A stretch of 62,909 bases of DNA, filler included, from Octopus bimaculoides (GCF_001194135.2; 8 parts of 8 records of this genome joined end to end with filler, not necessarily neighbours in it); one strand, 5' to 3'. Counted from the first letter of the whole stretch, positions 23,867 to 37,304 are shown. The notes: a model not told the origin generated them from the letters alone. Numbers and translations: made by a program.

Positions 23867-24239
23867 CATTGTTGTACTATTCAAAACTTTTTATTCTAAT
23901 AATAATAATAATAATAATAATAATGATAATAATAATAACAATAATAATAATAATAATAATCCTTTCTACTAAAGGTCTGAAATGTTTGACTAAACTCGAA
24001 TATTAAGATTTATAACAGAGAGTAAACTGGATGTTTGGTAGCAAGATTTTAGAGGTGAGCATCTTGTTTTGTTCATCAACCTTTAAATCTAAAGTTCTTG
24101 CAGATTTTTATATTTCCAGATATCGTGTGTGTGTATGTATGTATAAGATATGAAATGTAAAAATATAAATAATATAATATGAAATGAATTAAGATTTAAA
24201 AATATAAATAAAATAAGATATGTATGCCATAAGGTCTGC

Positions 24240-24410
24240 GAATCTAACGGAGGCCTCAAAAGACAGTTTAAGATCCACAAAAATCAGAATTTAACTGCAG
24301 CTCTTGGTGGTCCAAAGCAGATATGCAATTTATGTAGGTGTCTTTTCAAAACATTGTCTGGTTTAAAAAGTTGCAAGTACGAGAGGTGGTCAGATTCTGC
24401 ATAAGGAGTA
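24240..24410 (+). mobile_element. Short decayed LINE C-terminal zinc-finger-like fragment
   Basis: GGLKRQFKIHK...ICNLCRCLFKTLSGLKS resembles RTE C-terminal CxxC..KS..GLK.H repeats. Confidence 0.3.
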
Positions 24411-25064
24411 GACAACCACCACCAGCATGTATGTATGTATGTATGTATGTATGTATGTATGTATGTATGTATGTGGGTGTGTATTTGATAACGTTTCATG
24501 CTTGGACTTTTATGGTATTTAAAATAACCGAACGTTTATACAACGTAAAATGAAGCATACTACAAATAAACATGCTTGAAGAGGTTAAAATGCTGTACTT
24601 CAATACTGAGTGAGGCACACTCGAAGACTTATTAACTTGTGAGTGTACCTCAAAATTGTTCATTCTTCACGATTTGACATATCCATTAGACAGAAACGTA
24701 AGTAGGTGCTGCATGTTACAGTATTGGGAATAATATCTAAGTCATTAGCTTGTCTCTGTATGCTCTAGTATGTATTTATCTTGCTCGTCTGTGAAGCAGC
24801 AATTTACAATGTGTTGTAAACGAATCGAAATTCCTGTTTCTACATACTCGAGTCTTTCACTGCTAATTTAGCAGATCAGTTTTCTGGAAAAGTATTTAGG
24901 TTGTTTAGGTATTTCGGTACACTAGAAGTAAAAATTATATGATTTTCCAGATATTTGTCTTGAAATTGATGCTTTCATTAACTTAGTTGTAAAGATCGTT
25001 CGTGTAAACTAGAATTTCATTAATGGTTGAATAGATCAGTGTAGCATCGAGGGTGTTGAACTTC

Positions 25065-25630
25065 CCACTTTAACTGCAATGCTTTGCAACACTGCTATAA
25101 CGTCAGAATTTAAGTGAAAGGTTTTGTAACGCCGTATAAATTTTATATTTTAAACCGGGAGCGTAACACGGCTTAAATTTTACAATTTTAACTGCAAAAC
25201 ATAGGCTTAAATGTCACAATTTTTACTGCAAAGCATTGTAACAGTTTAAATTACACAGCTGAACTACAAGACTTTGTAACACCGTTTAAATTTGAAAATT
25301 TTAACTGCTAAGCCATTTCTAACATCATTTATACCTCATAATTTAATCGCAAGGCGTTGTGATGAAGCTTACGTTCACAGTTTAATTGCACTGCATTATA
25401 AAACCGTTTACATTTCACATTTTAACTGCAAGGCTTTGTAACTGTTTATATTTCACAGCTTAACAGCAAAATTTTGTGTCATCACTATTTCACTTCAATG
25501 TCTTATAGCACCGCTTAAACTTCATACTTTAAACCGCAAGACCTTGTAAAAGCATTTAAATTCCATTGTGAAGTTAGTAACATTGCATAAATTTCACAAT
25601 TTAACTTCAGAATTTTGTAACAGTTTTTAA
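25065..25630. repeat. Degenerate minisatellite, unit about 40 bp
   Basis: Recurring tttaactgcaa.gc.ttgtaaca.cgtttaaattt.aca motif, about 12 copies. Confidence 0.7.
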
Positions 25631-25817
25631 ATGTTTCAGTTTAGAAAACATATCAGTCGGCATTGTTATTGTTTTTCCTAGCTCAAATATTATCAACTGA
25701 TTTCAAGCTGTGATCATCCCATCTTTTAGTTTAAATATATCATATCCAAGACTACACTATCCATGATGTTCTATTTTTAAAGCTGTAAGTTGCTAACTCA
25801 CAGAACGAATTCCTAGT

Positions 25818-26192
25818 TGGATTAAGTCGATTACATCAACCCCACTGCGTATCTGGTACTTATTTAATCGACCCCGAAAGGATGAAAGGCAAAGTCGACC
25901 TCAGCGGAATTTGAACCCAGAACGTAAAGACAGACGAAATACAGCTAAGCATTTCGCCCGGCGTGCTAACGTTGGTTATTTCTTTATTGCCCACAAGGGA
26001 CTAAACATAGAGGGGACAAACAAGGACAGACAAAGGGATTAAGTCGATCAGATTGACCCCAGTGCGTAACTGGTACTTAATTTATCGATCCCGAAAGGAT
26101 GAAAGGCAAAGTCTACCTCAGCGGAATTTGAATTCAGAACGTAACAGCAGACGAAATGCCAATTTCTTTATTGCCCACAAGGGGCTAAACAT
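25818..26192 (-). mobile_element. Tandem S2 copies
   Basis: Match to S2 reverse complement. Confidence 0.85.
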
Positions 26193-26629
26193 AGAATGGT
26201 ACAAAACAACTGATTGGGATCAGTAATACGAATGGTTTACATAAAATATGACTTTAAAATTTTTATAAAATATAAAAAATCGAATGATATTAACAGTACG
26301 TTAGACAACACAAATGAAGCGATGATCAGACCACGCTCCGACCCCACAAGCCCCGATCTATCGCTGGCACCTTTTTTTTCCCTTTTTTTTTCATACTATT
26401 CACACGGTTCCTTGCACGCACAACACTCGTGCAACATGCTTCCATCTCTTTTGGAACGTACACTCCAACAGACATCTCCTCTCCAGCCACACTTTCCTTT
26501 TCAAATGAAAAGTAAAAAATGAACTTAAATTGTGGCCAGAGATAAAGTTGCCTGTCTTAATTCCTTTTATCCTCGTCTTCCATACTACCTCTTTCGCTAT
26601 TGCTACAACCGTGAGAAAACAATTCTTAC

Positions 26630-26655
26630 CTTCGTTTGTTAAAACTCCCGGTGGG
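26630..26655 (-). other. Possible exon 3' end truncated by an assembly join
   Basis: ...cccaccgggagttttaacaaacgaag|gtaagaa is a consensus donor; the exon runs into the linker gap at 26656. Confidence 0.25.
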
Positions 26656-26755
26656 NNNNNNNNNNNNNNNNNNNNNNNNNNNNNNNNNNNNNNNNNNNNT
26701 TAATTAATTAANNNNNNNNNNNNNNNNNNNNNNNNNNNNNNNNNNNNNNNNNNNN

Positions 26756-27551
26756 GACTAGTTATGTTTAATAAAAAATAACTTATTTACCTAAGTTTTA
26801 TCATCATCTCCTTTGAAATAGTCACCTTGTGCACCAATATACTGGTCACAGCATTCCTACCACTTTTGAAATCTAGCCTGGATATGTGAGTAGAGGAAGT
26901 TCTGTAATTCACACCTGATCTCAACATCAGTGTTAAAACGGTGACCTGCATTTTTATCTTGGAGAAAAGATGGAAGTCTGCAGGTGCTAAATCTGACAAA
27001 TAGGACAGGTGCAGAAGTGAGGAGTGAAGAGAGCTTGATGACAAGGTGTATTGTCATTGTAAAGAATCCAATTCTTCATGCTCCATACATCCGTTCGCTT
27101 TTGCTGAATGTCCTCCCTCAAACACTTCAAAGTATCATTGATTGTCCTCCGACAATCTTCATACATAAGCTGATGAATTTCCTCCACATTTCCATCAAAT
27201 ACACTTGTGGTAGGTCTTCCAGATCCGTCATTCTCTTCCAGAGACATTATTCTGCTTTTGAAGCACCTGTGCCACTCAAAACATTGTGTACAACCCATTG
27301 CCTCATTGCCATAAGCTTGCCAAAGTATGCTCAATGTCTCCAACTTTCTGTCCACGACAAAAATCGAGACTACAGCATACACATGATCACAAAAACACAA
27401 ATTTCACAACTTGCAAAGTAAATATAGTGATGTCACTCAGTACACTGCCTCATGAAGGTCACTGCTAGCTCTCACTGTGCACACAACCATGTGCTGTCAT
27501 CTGTTGGGATGCAACAGAACTAGTTCAGGAACTTTTTGATACTACCACATA
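26756..27551 (-). mobile_element. Internally deleted mariner (Tc1/mariner) relic
   Basis: QCFEWHRCFK...SLEE..GSGRPTTS...NVEEIHQL..EDCRRTI, WILYNDNTPCH, YLSDLAPADFHLFSKIK (YSPDLAP motif). Terminus TA-tgtggtagtatcaaaaagttcctgaactagt; the other TIR (aactagtc...) is cut by the gap at 26755. Confidence 0.85.
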
Positions 27552-28292
27552 CAAAACATTTTAACCAATGCTCTATTATTTTTACAACTTCATAACCTTG
27601 ACAGATAATAACACCTCCAATAAACAAAGTAAACAAAAGTAAGATTGACTACTCCAAAGAAAAATCACCAACAAAATAATCTCAGAAAAAAAAACCTCAT
27701 TAAGTACAACAATGTATATAATAAATAATTTGAATATTTATACATATTAATTTCAATATGTAATTGCATAGAAAAGTAACACAAACTAAGACATATAGAA
27801 GTATGTTAAAGATCGGACACCATGTGGACAAATAAGAAAAAATGTTATGAAATGTGCTCTCAACTTGCTGCTTTATATAACAAAGAAAAAAAAGAGGAGC
27901 AGAGAGAAAAGTCATATAATAAAATGTTAAATGTGAGTGTTTAATACATTTTCAAATATACAAATAAACAACTTAAATAAGTCAGGCAATATAAAATGAA
28001 AATATTTCCATATAAATAATGTCCCCTTTACTAAGACTTAATATCCTGGAAAAACAAGGGCAGAAAGGACTTTTTAACTATAATTGGCAACCTTCTTAGA
28101 GGTTAAACTTCAAAAAGCACTAATGATTACCGTGTAATTTGGACACCTGTGTAATTTATGCAGGTGATTTTCAGGACAAAAAAATTGTTAAAAATAGCTT
28201 CTACTAGTGTAAAATTCACACCCAATAATTTTCAGAATTGTCGATATGGCCAGGAGGAAAAGGTTTCCAATTTAGTTGTATTTAGCATAATT

Positions 28293-28359
28293 TCACTTAT
28301 GATTAGATTTTATTAAATTTTCATCAAATAAAAATAATTTCTGTGTAACAGGTATCACA
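28293..28359 (-). CDS. Possible terminal exon following 29078-29199
   Basis: Acceptor aactttcag|T completes the AG+T (Ser) codon and reads VIPVTQKLFLFDENLIKSNHK-stop. Phase-compatible but short and AT-rich, so it could be chance. Confidence 0.25.
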
Positions 28360-29077
28360 CTGAAAGTTATTAAATTACGAAGTGTTTACGCTGTTTATAA
28401 TAAACTTTATTTTACATTTCTTGCCCACAAGAGATTATGTCCGATCTTTAGCATACTTCTGTATGTCATCTCAAATCATAATTACAGGAAAAGTTGTTGA
28501 TAATTCTTACCAACAGAAACAAAGCTGATAAATACACACCAGTGTTGCAAAATTAGTTAAATTACCAATAAACATCAGCTTTGAATGACACTTTACTCAA
28601 CCAACAGAGGAAGGTGACCGATGAAACTGATTATGTAAATAGAATTCTGATTGGTCGAAAGTGCCTTCTTGTCTTAAGCTCTGATTTTCTGCCTATTCTT
28701 GTCGGAACCTTTGAAATGGAGTATCAAAATTTTGATCCCATTCACAATTATAAAATGTCGAGTAAACTTTAAAATTTGTCATTTTAGTTTGGATATAAAA
28801 TTATAATTGGGTACTTAAACTATCCAACCATCAAAGTAATTTACCGAGTAGCTAAAAATGGCAATATGTATGATGCAGATTTTGTAAAAAAGAATTGTTG
28901 TAAAGAGTCACTCGATTCTGTGTGATTCCTAATTTCATACATTTAACTCAATCAGAACTTTATATTTAACTGATCTGATAAAAATGTGTGATCACTATTT
29001 TATACACTTTCATAAAATCCTGAGAGTCAATTTATGCTTAAAAATTATGAAAGCAAATAACTGAAGAGAGCACTTAC

Positions 29078-29199
29078 CTCGGCTGACGCATAACCCCAAT
29101 CCATTCAGTCATAGCTTGCCTATAAGATTGGATGTCAAGTGTATTGTGGTCAGCAAAAGCATTAAAATGTGAGGAGAGATCATCCAGTTCAGTAAAATC
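29078..29199 (-). CDS. Candidate internal exon (122 bp, phase 0 to 2) of an unidentified gene
   Basis: Strong donor GAG|gtaagt and T-rich acceptor ttttttattgcaag| (an AAG, non-optimal). One of three frames is open: DFTELDDLSSHFNAFADHNTLDIQSYRQAMTEWIGVMRQP. Not part of any repeat seen elsewhere in the window. Family not recognised. Confidence 0.5.
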
Positions 29200-30559
29200 C
29201 TTGCAATAAAAAATTATATTATATTCAAAAGGAAGAATACACTAATACATAAAGCAAATAAGATGAAGACTACAGTCAACAATGTTATTATGGCATGTAC
29301 TGAATATAAAAAGCTAGCATTATCATATATTTGAATTACTTTTTGGAAACATCCATACTTTGATATTTAAATCATCATCAGTGAGTACTAAACACTTCAA
29401 AAAGTTTAGTGCTTCAGAACATTGGCACTAAAGTATAGGCTGAAGTAAGAAGTTTGCAAAAACCTGTCAGAATAAACAGTTTATCCAGCCAATTCTAGAC
29501 AGATCCCTTCCATGGAGCAAAAAAAAGTAGCATCAAGAACGCCAACTGCAACTTTATGAATATAAAAACATGCAGTCAAATGGCAGAGAGTTAGGGCTCT
29601 GAGATTATGAGTCTGAATTTGATTAATAATAAGCCACAGCAGTATTTTACCTTTCATTTTGCAGTATATTATTACTATCAAATAATTTCAAAATACACTA
29701 ATATGCATTGGTAAACAGATTATCACAATCAAATTATTTCAAGACATTGTTACATATTCCAAACTACAATATCATTTCCAAAATATATTACTACTGTCAA
29801 ATTATTTCATGATTAAATAATTTCAAAATACCTTATTAAATTCTTCAAACTTCTGAGTTTCTAATTACAAAAATATATCTAAGTATCTAATTTCAAACCA
29901 GTTTCACTTCTTATACAAGATATTCACTGTAATGTTTGGGTGTAATAGCTAGCTACCAGCTTTCATTTAATATATAGTGCATCTACTAGAACAAGTCTCA
30001 TTTTAGAGTTAGATCCTAATTAAGTAGTAACATAATTTTTTGTACATTTAATTGTTCATAGATATAAAGGGACATATATCTTATAAATATTAGAAATAGG
30101 TGCCTGTATTTGGTTAATGATTTAAACTTGGTTTATATTCAACTATAAATAAAGTTCTTATACTAATTCTTTGTTGTTCTGTCATATTTTCTACATGTTG
30201 ATATAGTGGGGAAAAGTTTAAAATTTGGTTACTGAGTTCCTAGACATTTATCTAAATACTCACCAAGCCAAACTTTTCAAGTGTTCAGACCATATATTTC
30301 TGGTCAGTGAACTGCCATGCATTTTCTAAGGGACATGCCTGTTTTATCTTTTATCTTGTACTTTTACTGCAGTCATGCTGGGCCACCATCTTGAGAAACT
30401 TTTAGCCGAATGATTCCACACCAGTACCTCACATTTTAAAGCCTGGTACGTATTTTATCAGTATCTCTTGCAAAACCACAAAGTTTCAGGTATGTAAACA
30501 CACCAAAACTAATTGTGGTGGGGGAACAAACAAACACACAAGTACATTCACACAAAGCA

Positions 30560-30624
<65 letters not shown>

Positions 30625-30626
<2 letters not shown>

Positions 30627-31683
30627 ATACAACCGCCGATAAACAAATATAACGTTATGTCCCTATTCCACGAGCTGAGTTTGAAACCGTATTCTGGTTG
30701 TTCAGGACAGTGGTATTTCCTTTGTCCTGTCAACGAGCACGGTAATTTATGGCGTAGGAATGTGATCTCTGACCCTTTCCGGTCATTGAAAGTTTAAAAA
30801 AAGCAAATAGGAACTGTATGAAACTGACCCAGCTTTGGAGGGGGAACGCAGCACTGTTAGCTACAGTATGCCGATCTTTCTGGCTGATTATCTGTCATAA
30901 ATACGGAGTGTAGATTTGGGAACCTGAGTTGGTGTAAACGCGGTCAGTGAGTGAAGAAGCCAGATGGACAGAGCAGTCGGTGATAGAGACTGACAGAAAG
31001 AGACTGAGAGAGAGAGGCTGTTGACAAAGGTACCAATCATCGAAATGGATAGAGCCAGTGACTGAGAGGGTTTAGCCCGTAAGAGAGGCAGATAGGGACT
31101 GAAGCAATCTGAGAGAGAGACAGAGAGATGGAACTGTTGTGGCAGGCAAAAGTGATGTAGTGGCAGATTGTAGTGGGTTGCGTTGGTCAGTGATTGTCGA
31201 AGTGGTGGGAGATTTGAAGGAAAGGAAATTCTTGCGGTGAAGGTTTGTTTATATTTCTTTAAAGAAAATGTACTTGCGTTGTTATATGTTTTTGTGAAGA
31301 AAAGAAAGAACTCTTGTTAATTGTGATGTTAACTGGTTGAAAAGAAAAGAGAGAACCTTGTTGTTACATGTTGTTAAAAGAAAAGAAAAACAAAAGTAGC
31401 AGAAGAACTTTTAATGACTCTTGATTGTAAACTTTATGATTACGTGAAATGATTGGAAACTTTGTTAAATGCTTGGAAACTCTATTGTTAAAAGTTACAT
31501 GTGTTATTTCAAAAGCATGAATTATTGTTACGGAATGTAGTTTTGTTTTGTTTTGAAAAAAAAGTTAGTTTGACTACGCAACGTATGGTTTGTGTTATTT
31601 CTTCTTTCTGTTGTCATCGTTACGTGCTCAGCGGGCTTGGCGGACATCCTGACTCACTGAGGAACCAGCTTAACTGTATGACA
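30625..31683 (+). mobile_element. Possible solo LTR
   Basis: A block of about 1.06 kb with composition distinct from its flanks, bounded by TG(ATAC) and (ATG)ACA, with no ORF. No TSD found. Confidence 0.3.
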
Positions 31684-31998
31684 TTTTAACCGAATATGAT
31701 AACTGTAGTTAGAGAAGATTGCTACATAACTTATTTGAAAAAGCCGTTGGAGGTTGGAAAGCTACTAGACAGTACGTTGGGCAAGAAGGGAAGAAAAGAA
31801 GGAAAAAAGGAAATTTAGAGTTTAGAATTCGGAGATAATAAGATGATTTAAATCTGATAAAGATTGGAGAAGAATGTTTTATTTATAATGGGACCATAAA
31901 GGGGAGTTAATCTTGTATTTATACAAGTAGTGTTGACATAAATGTGTATATACATATATATATACATATATATACACATACACCCATACATACATTTG

Positions 31999-32043
<45 letters not shown>

Positions 32044-32249
32044 CTATATACACATATATATATACACATATATATACACACCTACACATACATAATTTCA
32101 TATATATATATGTGTACACACATGTACATATACACAAACATACATACACATCTACACACACACACATATGTATACACATGGACACATACACGCATTTATA
32201 TACACCCATTTGTACGTATATACACACGTTGGTTGTGTGGTGATTGATA

Positions 32250-33290
32250 TGAAACCTGCTGTTCATGCAGAGAAAAAAACAATGGAGCTTGCATGTCCAA
32301 AACCATCATTTATGAAGCCACCGTAGATTCTGTATCCACTAAGGACACAGTTTCCATGAAGAAATACATGAGCCTCACGGAGGGTAATTTCAAGGCCAGA
32401 TACAACAATCACACTTTGAGTTTCAGGCACTGGGAAAAAAAAAAAAAACCGACCAAATTATCCAGTTATATATGGTCTTTAAAAGATAAAGGTGTCAGTT
32501 ACAACATCCATTGGAAGATCCGAGCCAAGTGTAAACCTTACACCAGCGGCAGCGGAAAGTGCGGTCTATGTGATATGGAAAGATAGCTCATCTGGAAAGA
32601 CAGTTTAGACCCTACCACATGTCTAAATTCAAAGACTGAACTTTTCAGATCATGTCCACATGTGACCAAATATTTGCTACGTTTTTGGTCCCCCTGAGTT
32701 TACTGATTGGACTTGCTTTCTATTTTTGTCTTTTTATTACTTACATTTCTTATATATTTTTTAATATTTGTACTGATAGGACCTGCTGATGGGAGTGTAC
32801 TGATAGGTTTCTATATTGTGTCTATGTATAAGCTTTTCACCTTTTTTACCTGGATTTTATAATTTTATATTTTTTTTATTATTTTTATGTTTTATACATA
32901 ATTATAGGGTTAATGTTTTTGTATTTTTCCACATATTTTTCTGTTTTCTCCCCTCCAAACTTTTTTCCTGTATGCTTATAGACACGTACAAGGAACTTTA
33001 TATGTGCGCGCTTGTGAGTGTGCGCGTGGATGCGTATGTGTGCGTATATAGAGATATGTGCATGCGTATATGGATATATGTGTGCATGCGATAATATACG
33101 CAGTTTTAGACGCGTTTTGACTTTGTCACTACACAGTAATTTCCCTTTGTTTCTAACGGTAATTTTTCACAGGAATTTTCAATTGGCCAGATAATTGAAG
33201 AGATGTTGGCGTGGGCTCCCACCCTGGCATCCGAAACTCGGAGTTTTATCATGGCTACTGAATAAGTGTCACATATTTTTACAGATAAAT
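32250..33290 (+). mobile_element. Penelope-like element 3' part: GIY-YIG endonuclease (about 32250-32697, stop at 32584-32586) plus downstream region with hammerhead motif
   Basis: CSCREK..GACMSKTIIYEA...KKYMSLTEGNFKARYNNHTLSFR...TKLSSYIWSLK...IHWKI...C.LC...CLNSKTELFRSCPH is the PLE GIY-YIG signature. Confidence 0.85.
33186..33255 (+). ncRNA. Degenerate type-I hammerhead motif downstream of the Penelope ORF
   Basis: GCCAGATAA TTGAAGA GATGTTGG(cGTGGGctCCCACc)CTGGCATC c GAAAC TCGGA GT T TTATC a TGGC. Confidence 0.6.
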
Positions 33291-33549
33291 TGCTCTATTT
33301 GCATAATACTGAGGTCTCTTTCTTTCTTTTGTTGTCCTTCCTGTCAAATATATATATATATATGAATATATATACATACATATGAATATATATATATATA
33401 GACAAAGAAAGAAACGAAGAAAGAAAGAAAGCGATGGTCTTGTGACCAAGAGAAAGAGAGAGAGAGAAAGTTTCATAAATACAAAATATATTTTCAACAA
33501 GTTGAAAGAACAAACCGTGACGCTTTAGATACGGAGGTATCAAGCTTTT

Positions 33550-35602
33550 TGAGAGGTATCAAGTTGTTAGATCAGGTAATGAAAGTCATGTAGAGGGTCA
33601 TAGCCCAACTAATTAGGTAGAGAGGCAGTTTAGATGAGATGCAGTTTGGGTTTGTGCCTGGGAAAAGCACCACTGATGCTATATTTCTGATCAGACAGCT
33701 GCAGGAGAAATGCCTAGCCAAAGATAAACCTCTGTACCTGGCTTTCATTGACATGGAGAAAGTCTTTGACAGGGTCCCCCGATCCCTTATCTAGTGGTCA
33801 ATGAGGAAACTAGGGATAGAAGAATGGTTAGTGAGAGCTGTGCGAGCCATGTACAGAGATGCTGTCAGTAAGGTGAGGGTTGGCAATGAGTACAGTGATG
33901 AATTCTGGGTAGAGGTAGGGATCCGCCAAGGTTCTGTCCTCAGCACCCTCCTACTTACCATAGTACTCCAGGCAATCACAGAGGAGTTCAAGACAGGATG
34001 CCCCTGGGAGCTTCTCTATGCTGATGACCTTGCACTAATTGCTGAGTCACTATCAGAACTAGAGGAGAAGTTTCAGGTGTGGAAGCAGGGACTAGAATCG
34101 AAGGGTCTTAAGAGTCAACCGAGCTAAAACCAAAGTCCTAATAAGTAGGAAAGTAGATAAAACACAAACCCCTTCAGGTAGATGGCCCTGCTCGATCTGT
34201 AGAAAAGGCGTGGGTAGGAACTCTATAAGATGTACCCAGTTCAAGCTATGGACACACAAGAGGTGCAGCAATATCAAAGGAAGGTTAACTAGGTAGTTAG
34301 CTTTTGTATGTGGCAGACGTTCAGGTGCAATAAACACTGTAAATATGCAGAAAACAAGTTCTGTCTCATTCCAGGGAGAAAAACTAGAAGTAGTTGATAG
34401 CTTCCGCTATCTGGGTGACCAAGTTAGTAGTGGGAGTGGGTGCGCTAAAAGTGTAGCTGCTAGAATCAGAATAGCCTGGGCAAAGTTCAGAGAGCTCTTA
34501 CCTCTGCTGGCGACAAAGGGCCTCTCTCTCAGAGTAAAAGGCAGACTGTATGATGCATGTGTACGAACAGCAATGCTACATGGAAATGAAACATGGACCG
34601 TGACTGCTGAGGACATGCGTAAGCTCGCAAGGAATGAAGCCAGTATGCTCCGATGGATGTGTAATGTCAGTGTGCATACCCAACAGAGTGTAAGTATCTT
34701 GAGAGAAAAGTTGAACCTAAGATGCATCAGTTGTGGTGTGCAAGAGATGCGATTGCGCTGGTATGGACATGTGGCAAGAATGGATGAGGATAGCTGTTTG
34801 AAAAAGTGCCGCACCCTAGCGGTTGAGGGAACCCGTGGAAGAAGCAGGCCTAGGAAGACCTGGGATGAGGTGGTGAAGCACGATCTCCGAACATTAGGCC
34901 TCACGAAGGCAATGACCTATGACCGTGACCTTTGGAAATATGCTGTGTGTGAGAAGACCTGGCAAGCCAAGTGAAACCAAAATCCAAAGCTTCTGCCAGG
35001 GATGTAGCCAGCCCACTAACGAGTCACATTCCTTCATTGGACACTAAACTCCGCTTGCGAAGACATGGTGAGACAAGTGAAATCGATAATGGAACTAAAT
35101 TTGTAGGAACACTAAACTCCGCTTGTGAAGACTTGTAGGGGCAAGCGAAATTGTGTTGGCACCTGTACCAGTGGAGCAATAAGAGCACCGTCCAAGCGCG
35201 ATCGTTGCCAGAGCAGCTGTCTGGCTTCCATGCCAGTGGCACGTAAATAGTACCAGCATGATCGTTACCAATGTCGCCTTCCTGGCACTTGTGCCAGTGG
35301 CACGTGAAAAGACATTCGAGCGAGATCGTTGCCAGTGCCGATGGACTGGCTCCTATGCAGGTGGCACGTAAAATACACCATTTCGAGCGTGGCTGTCGCC
35401 AATACCGCCTGACTGTCCCTCGTGCCGGTGGCACGTAAAAGCACACTCTACACTCTCAGAGTGGTTGGCATTAGGAAGGGCATCCAGCTGTAGAAACTCT
35501 GCCAAATGAGATTGGAGCATGGTGTCGCCTCCTGGCCCACCAGTAATCAGTAAAATTGTCCAACCCATGCTAGCATGGAAAGCGGATGTTAAACGATGAT
35601 GA
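33550..35602 (+). mobile_element. 5'-truncated RTE-clade LINE (RT domain, PHD-like finger, 3' UTR, (GAT)n tail)
   Basis: QFGFVPGKSTTDAIF, AFIDMEKVFDRVPR, GIRQGSVLS, LLYADDLAL, VDSFRYLG, RLRWYGHVARM, GRSRPRKTW. Several in-frame stops and a frameshift near 34110. The 3' end ...gttaaacgatgatga runs into the gap. Confidence 0.95.
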
Positions 35603-35971
35603 NNNNNNNNNNNNNNNNNNNNNNNNNNNNNNNNNNNNNNNNNNNNTTAATTAATTAANNNNNNNNNNNNNNNNNNNNNNNNNNNNNNNNNNNNNNNNNN
35701 NNACGGAACCGAGAGAGACAAAGTGGTGGCGTGCGTTGCTTGGCGAAATCCAAGGAAGGAAAGGATTATTGACCGGAAGCATGTGACCATGCCGGTGTAA
35801 AGGGAAGAGAGAGAGTGGTAGAGGGAGAAAGAGAGGGAGGAAGTAGAAGAATAGGTGAGCAACGAGAGGAAAAGAGAAAGAGAGGAAATACGAGGGGGAA
35901 AAGGAGATACGTAGTAGTAACAGAGGAAGAACAAGAGGGGTAAGGCGAGATACGTAGTAGTACAGAGGAAG

Positions 35972-36007
<36 letters not shown>

Positions 36008-36013
36008 AGAGAC

Positions 36014-36044
<31 letters not shown>

Positions 36045-36568
36045 GTTTACAATTTAAAGGAATAATCCAGGGGAATAATTACAAGGTAGCTAAATGTCAG
36101 AAGGTATGATTGATGAATATATATATTTATTTAACACATTACTTCTATAAGATTGCGGCTGTTTAGCAATTTTCTTCTTGTAGTTTTAATTTCAGCATCA
36201 TACAATACAATTTTTCATTCGCAAGTCAATGCAAATAAAAAAGAATCTGGCTCATTAGATAGCCAGAACATCATGGTTACATCGACAATTCAACTTTGAT
36301 GTTCTGGTGATCTATGGGTCACTGTGGAATTAATGCAACATAATGGTTAAATGAATATATATTCACCTTGCATTCCTCCTAACTTTTGTGGTTTATATAC
36401 ACCTCAATAATTAATTTCATTGATCAGACTTTCGACATTACCCCTCTTTGTATTGGATTACTGAGTGGACTGTTAACCGAATCTGCAAGCGGAGCTTTCT
36501 GTGATAGCCAAAATATCTGAATTCACATCTTATCTTGCTCATTTATAGATACATACATAAATACATAA

Positions 36569-36624
<56 letters not shown>

Positions 36625-37018
36625 NNNNNNNNNNNNNNNNNNNNNNNNNNNNNNNNNNNNNNNNNNNNNNNNNNNNNNNNNNNNNNNNNNNNNNNNNNNN
36701 NNNNNNNNNNNNNNNNNNNNNNNNNNNNNNNNNNNNNNNNNNNNNNNNNNNNNNNNNNNNNNNNNNNNNNNNNNNNNNNNNNNNNNNNNNNNNNNNNNNN
36801 NNNNNNNNNNNNNNNNNNNNNNNNNNNNNNNNNNNNNNNNNNNNNNNNNNNNNNNNNNNNNNNNNNNNNNNNNNNNNNNNNNNNNNNNNNNNNNNNNNNN
36901 NNNNNNNNNNNNNNNNNNNNNNNNNNNNNNNNNNNNNNNNNNNNNNNNNNNNNNNNNNNNNNNNNNNNNNNNNNNNNNNNNNNNNNNNNNNNNNNNNNNN
37001 NNNNNNNNNNNNNNNNNN

Positions 37019-37095
<77 letters not shown>

Positions 37096-37304
37096 ACATC
37101 ATTCAGCATACCAGTTGGAAAATAAATGCAATTACAGCGTATATGCATTCCATAGATACGCAATATGTATATATGTTCTCGTTTGCGTGCACGCGTGCGT
37201 GTGTGTATAATTGAAACAGGTATAGGGAAGTGTATTATAAATACAGTGTACTTCAGAGTTGCAAAAGCTATTCGTTAATATCGTTATTATCCGTGAGATT
37301 CAAT

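Noticed and set aside
30263-30325. Possible upstream exon for the 29078-29199 gene (KMHGSSLTRNIWSEHLKSLA)
   Set aside because: Ends in phase 2, incompatible with the phase-0 start at 29199 without another exon.
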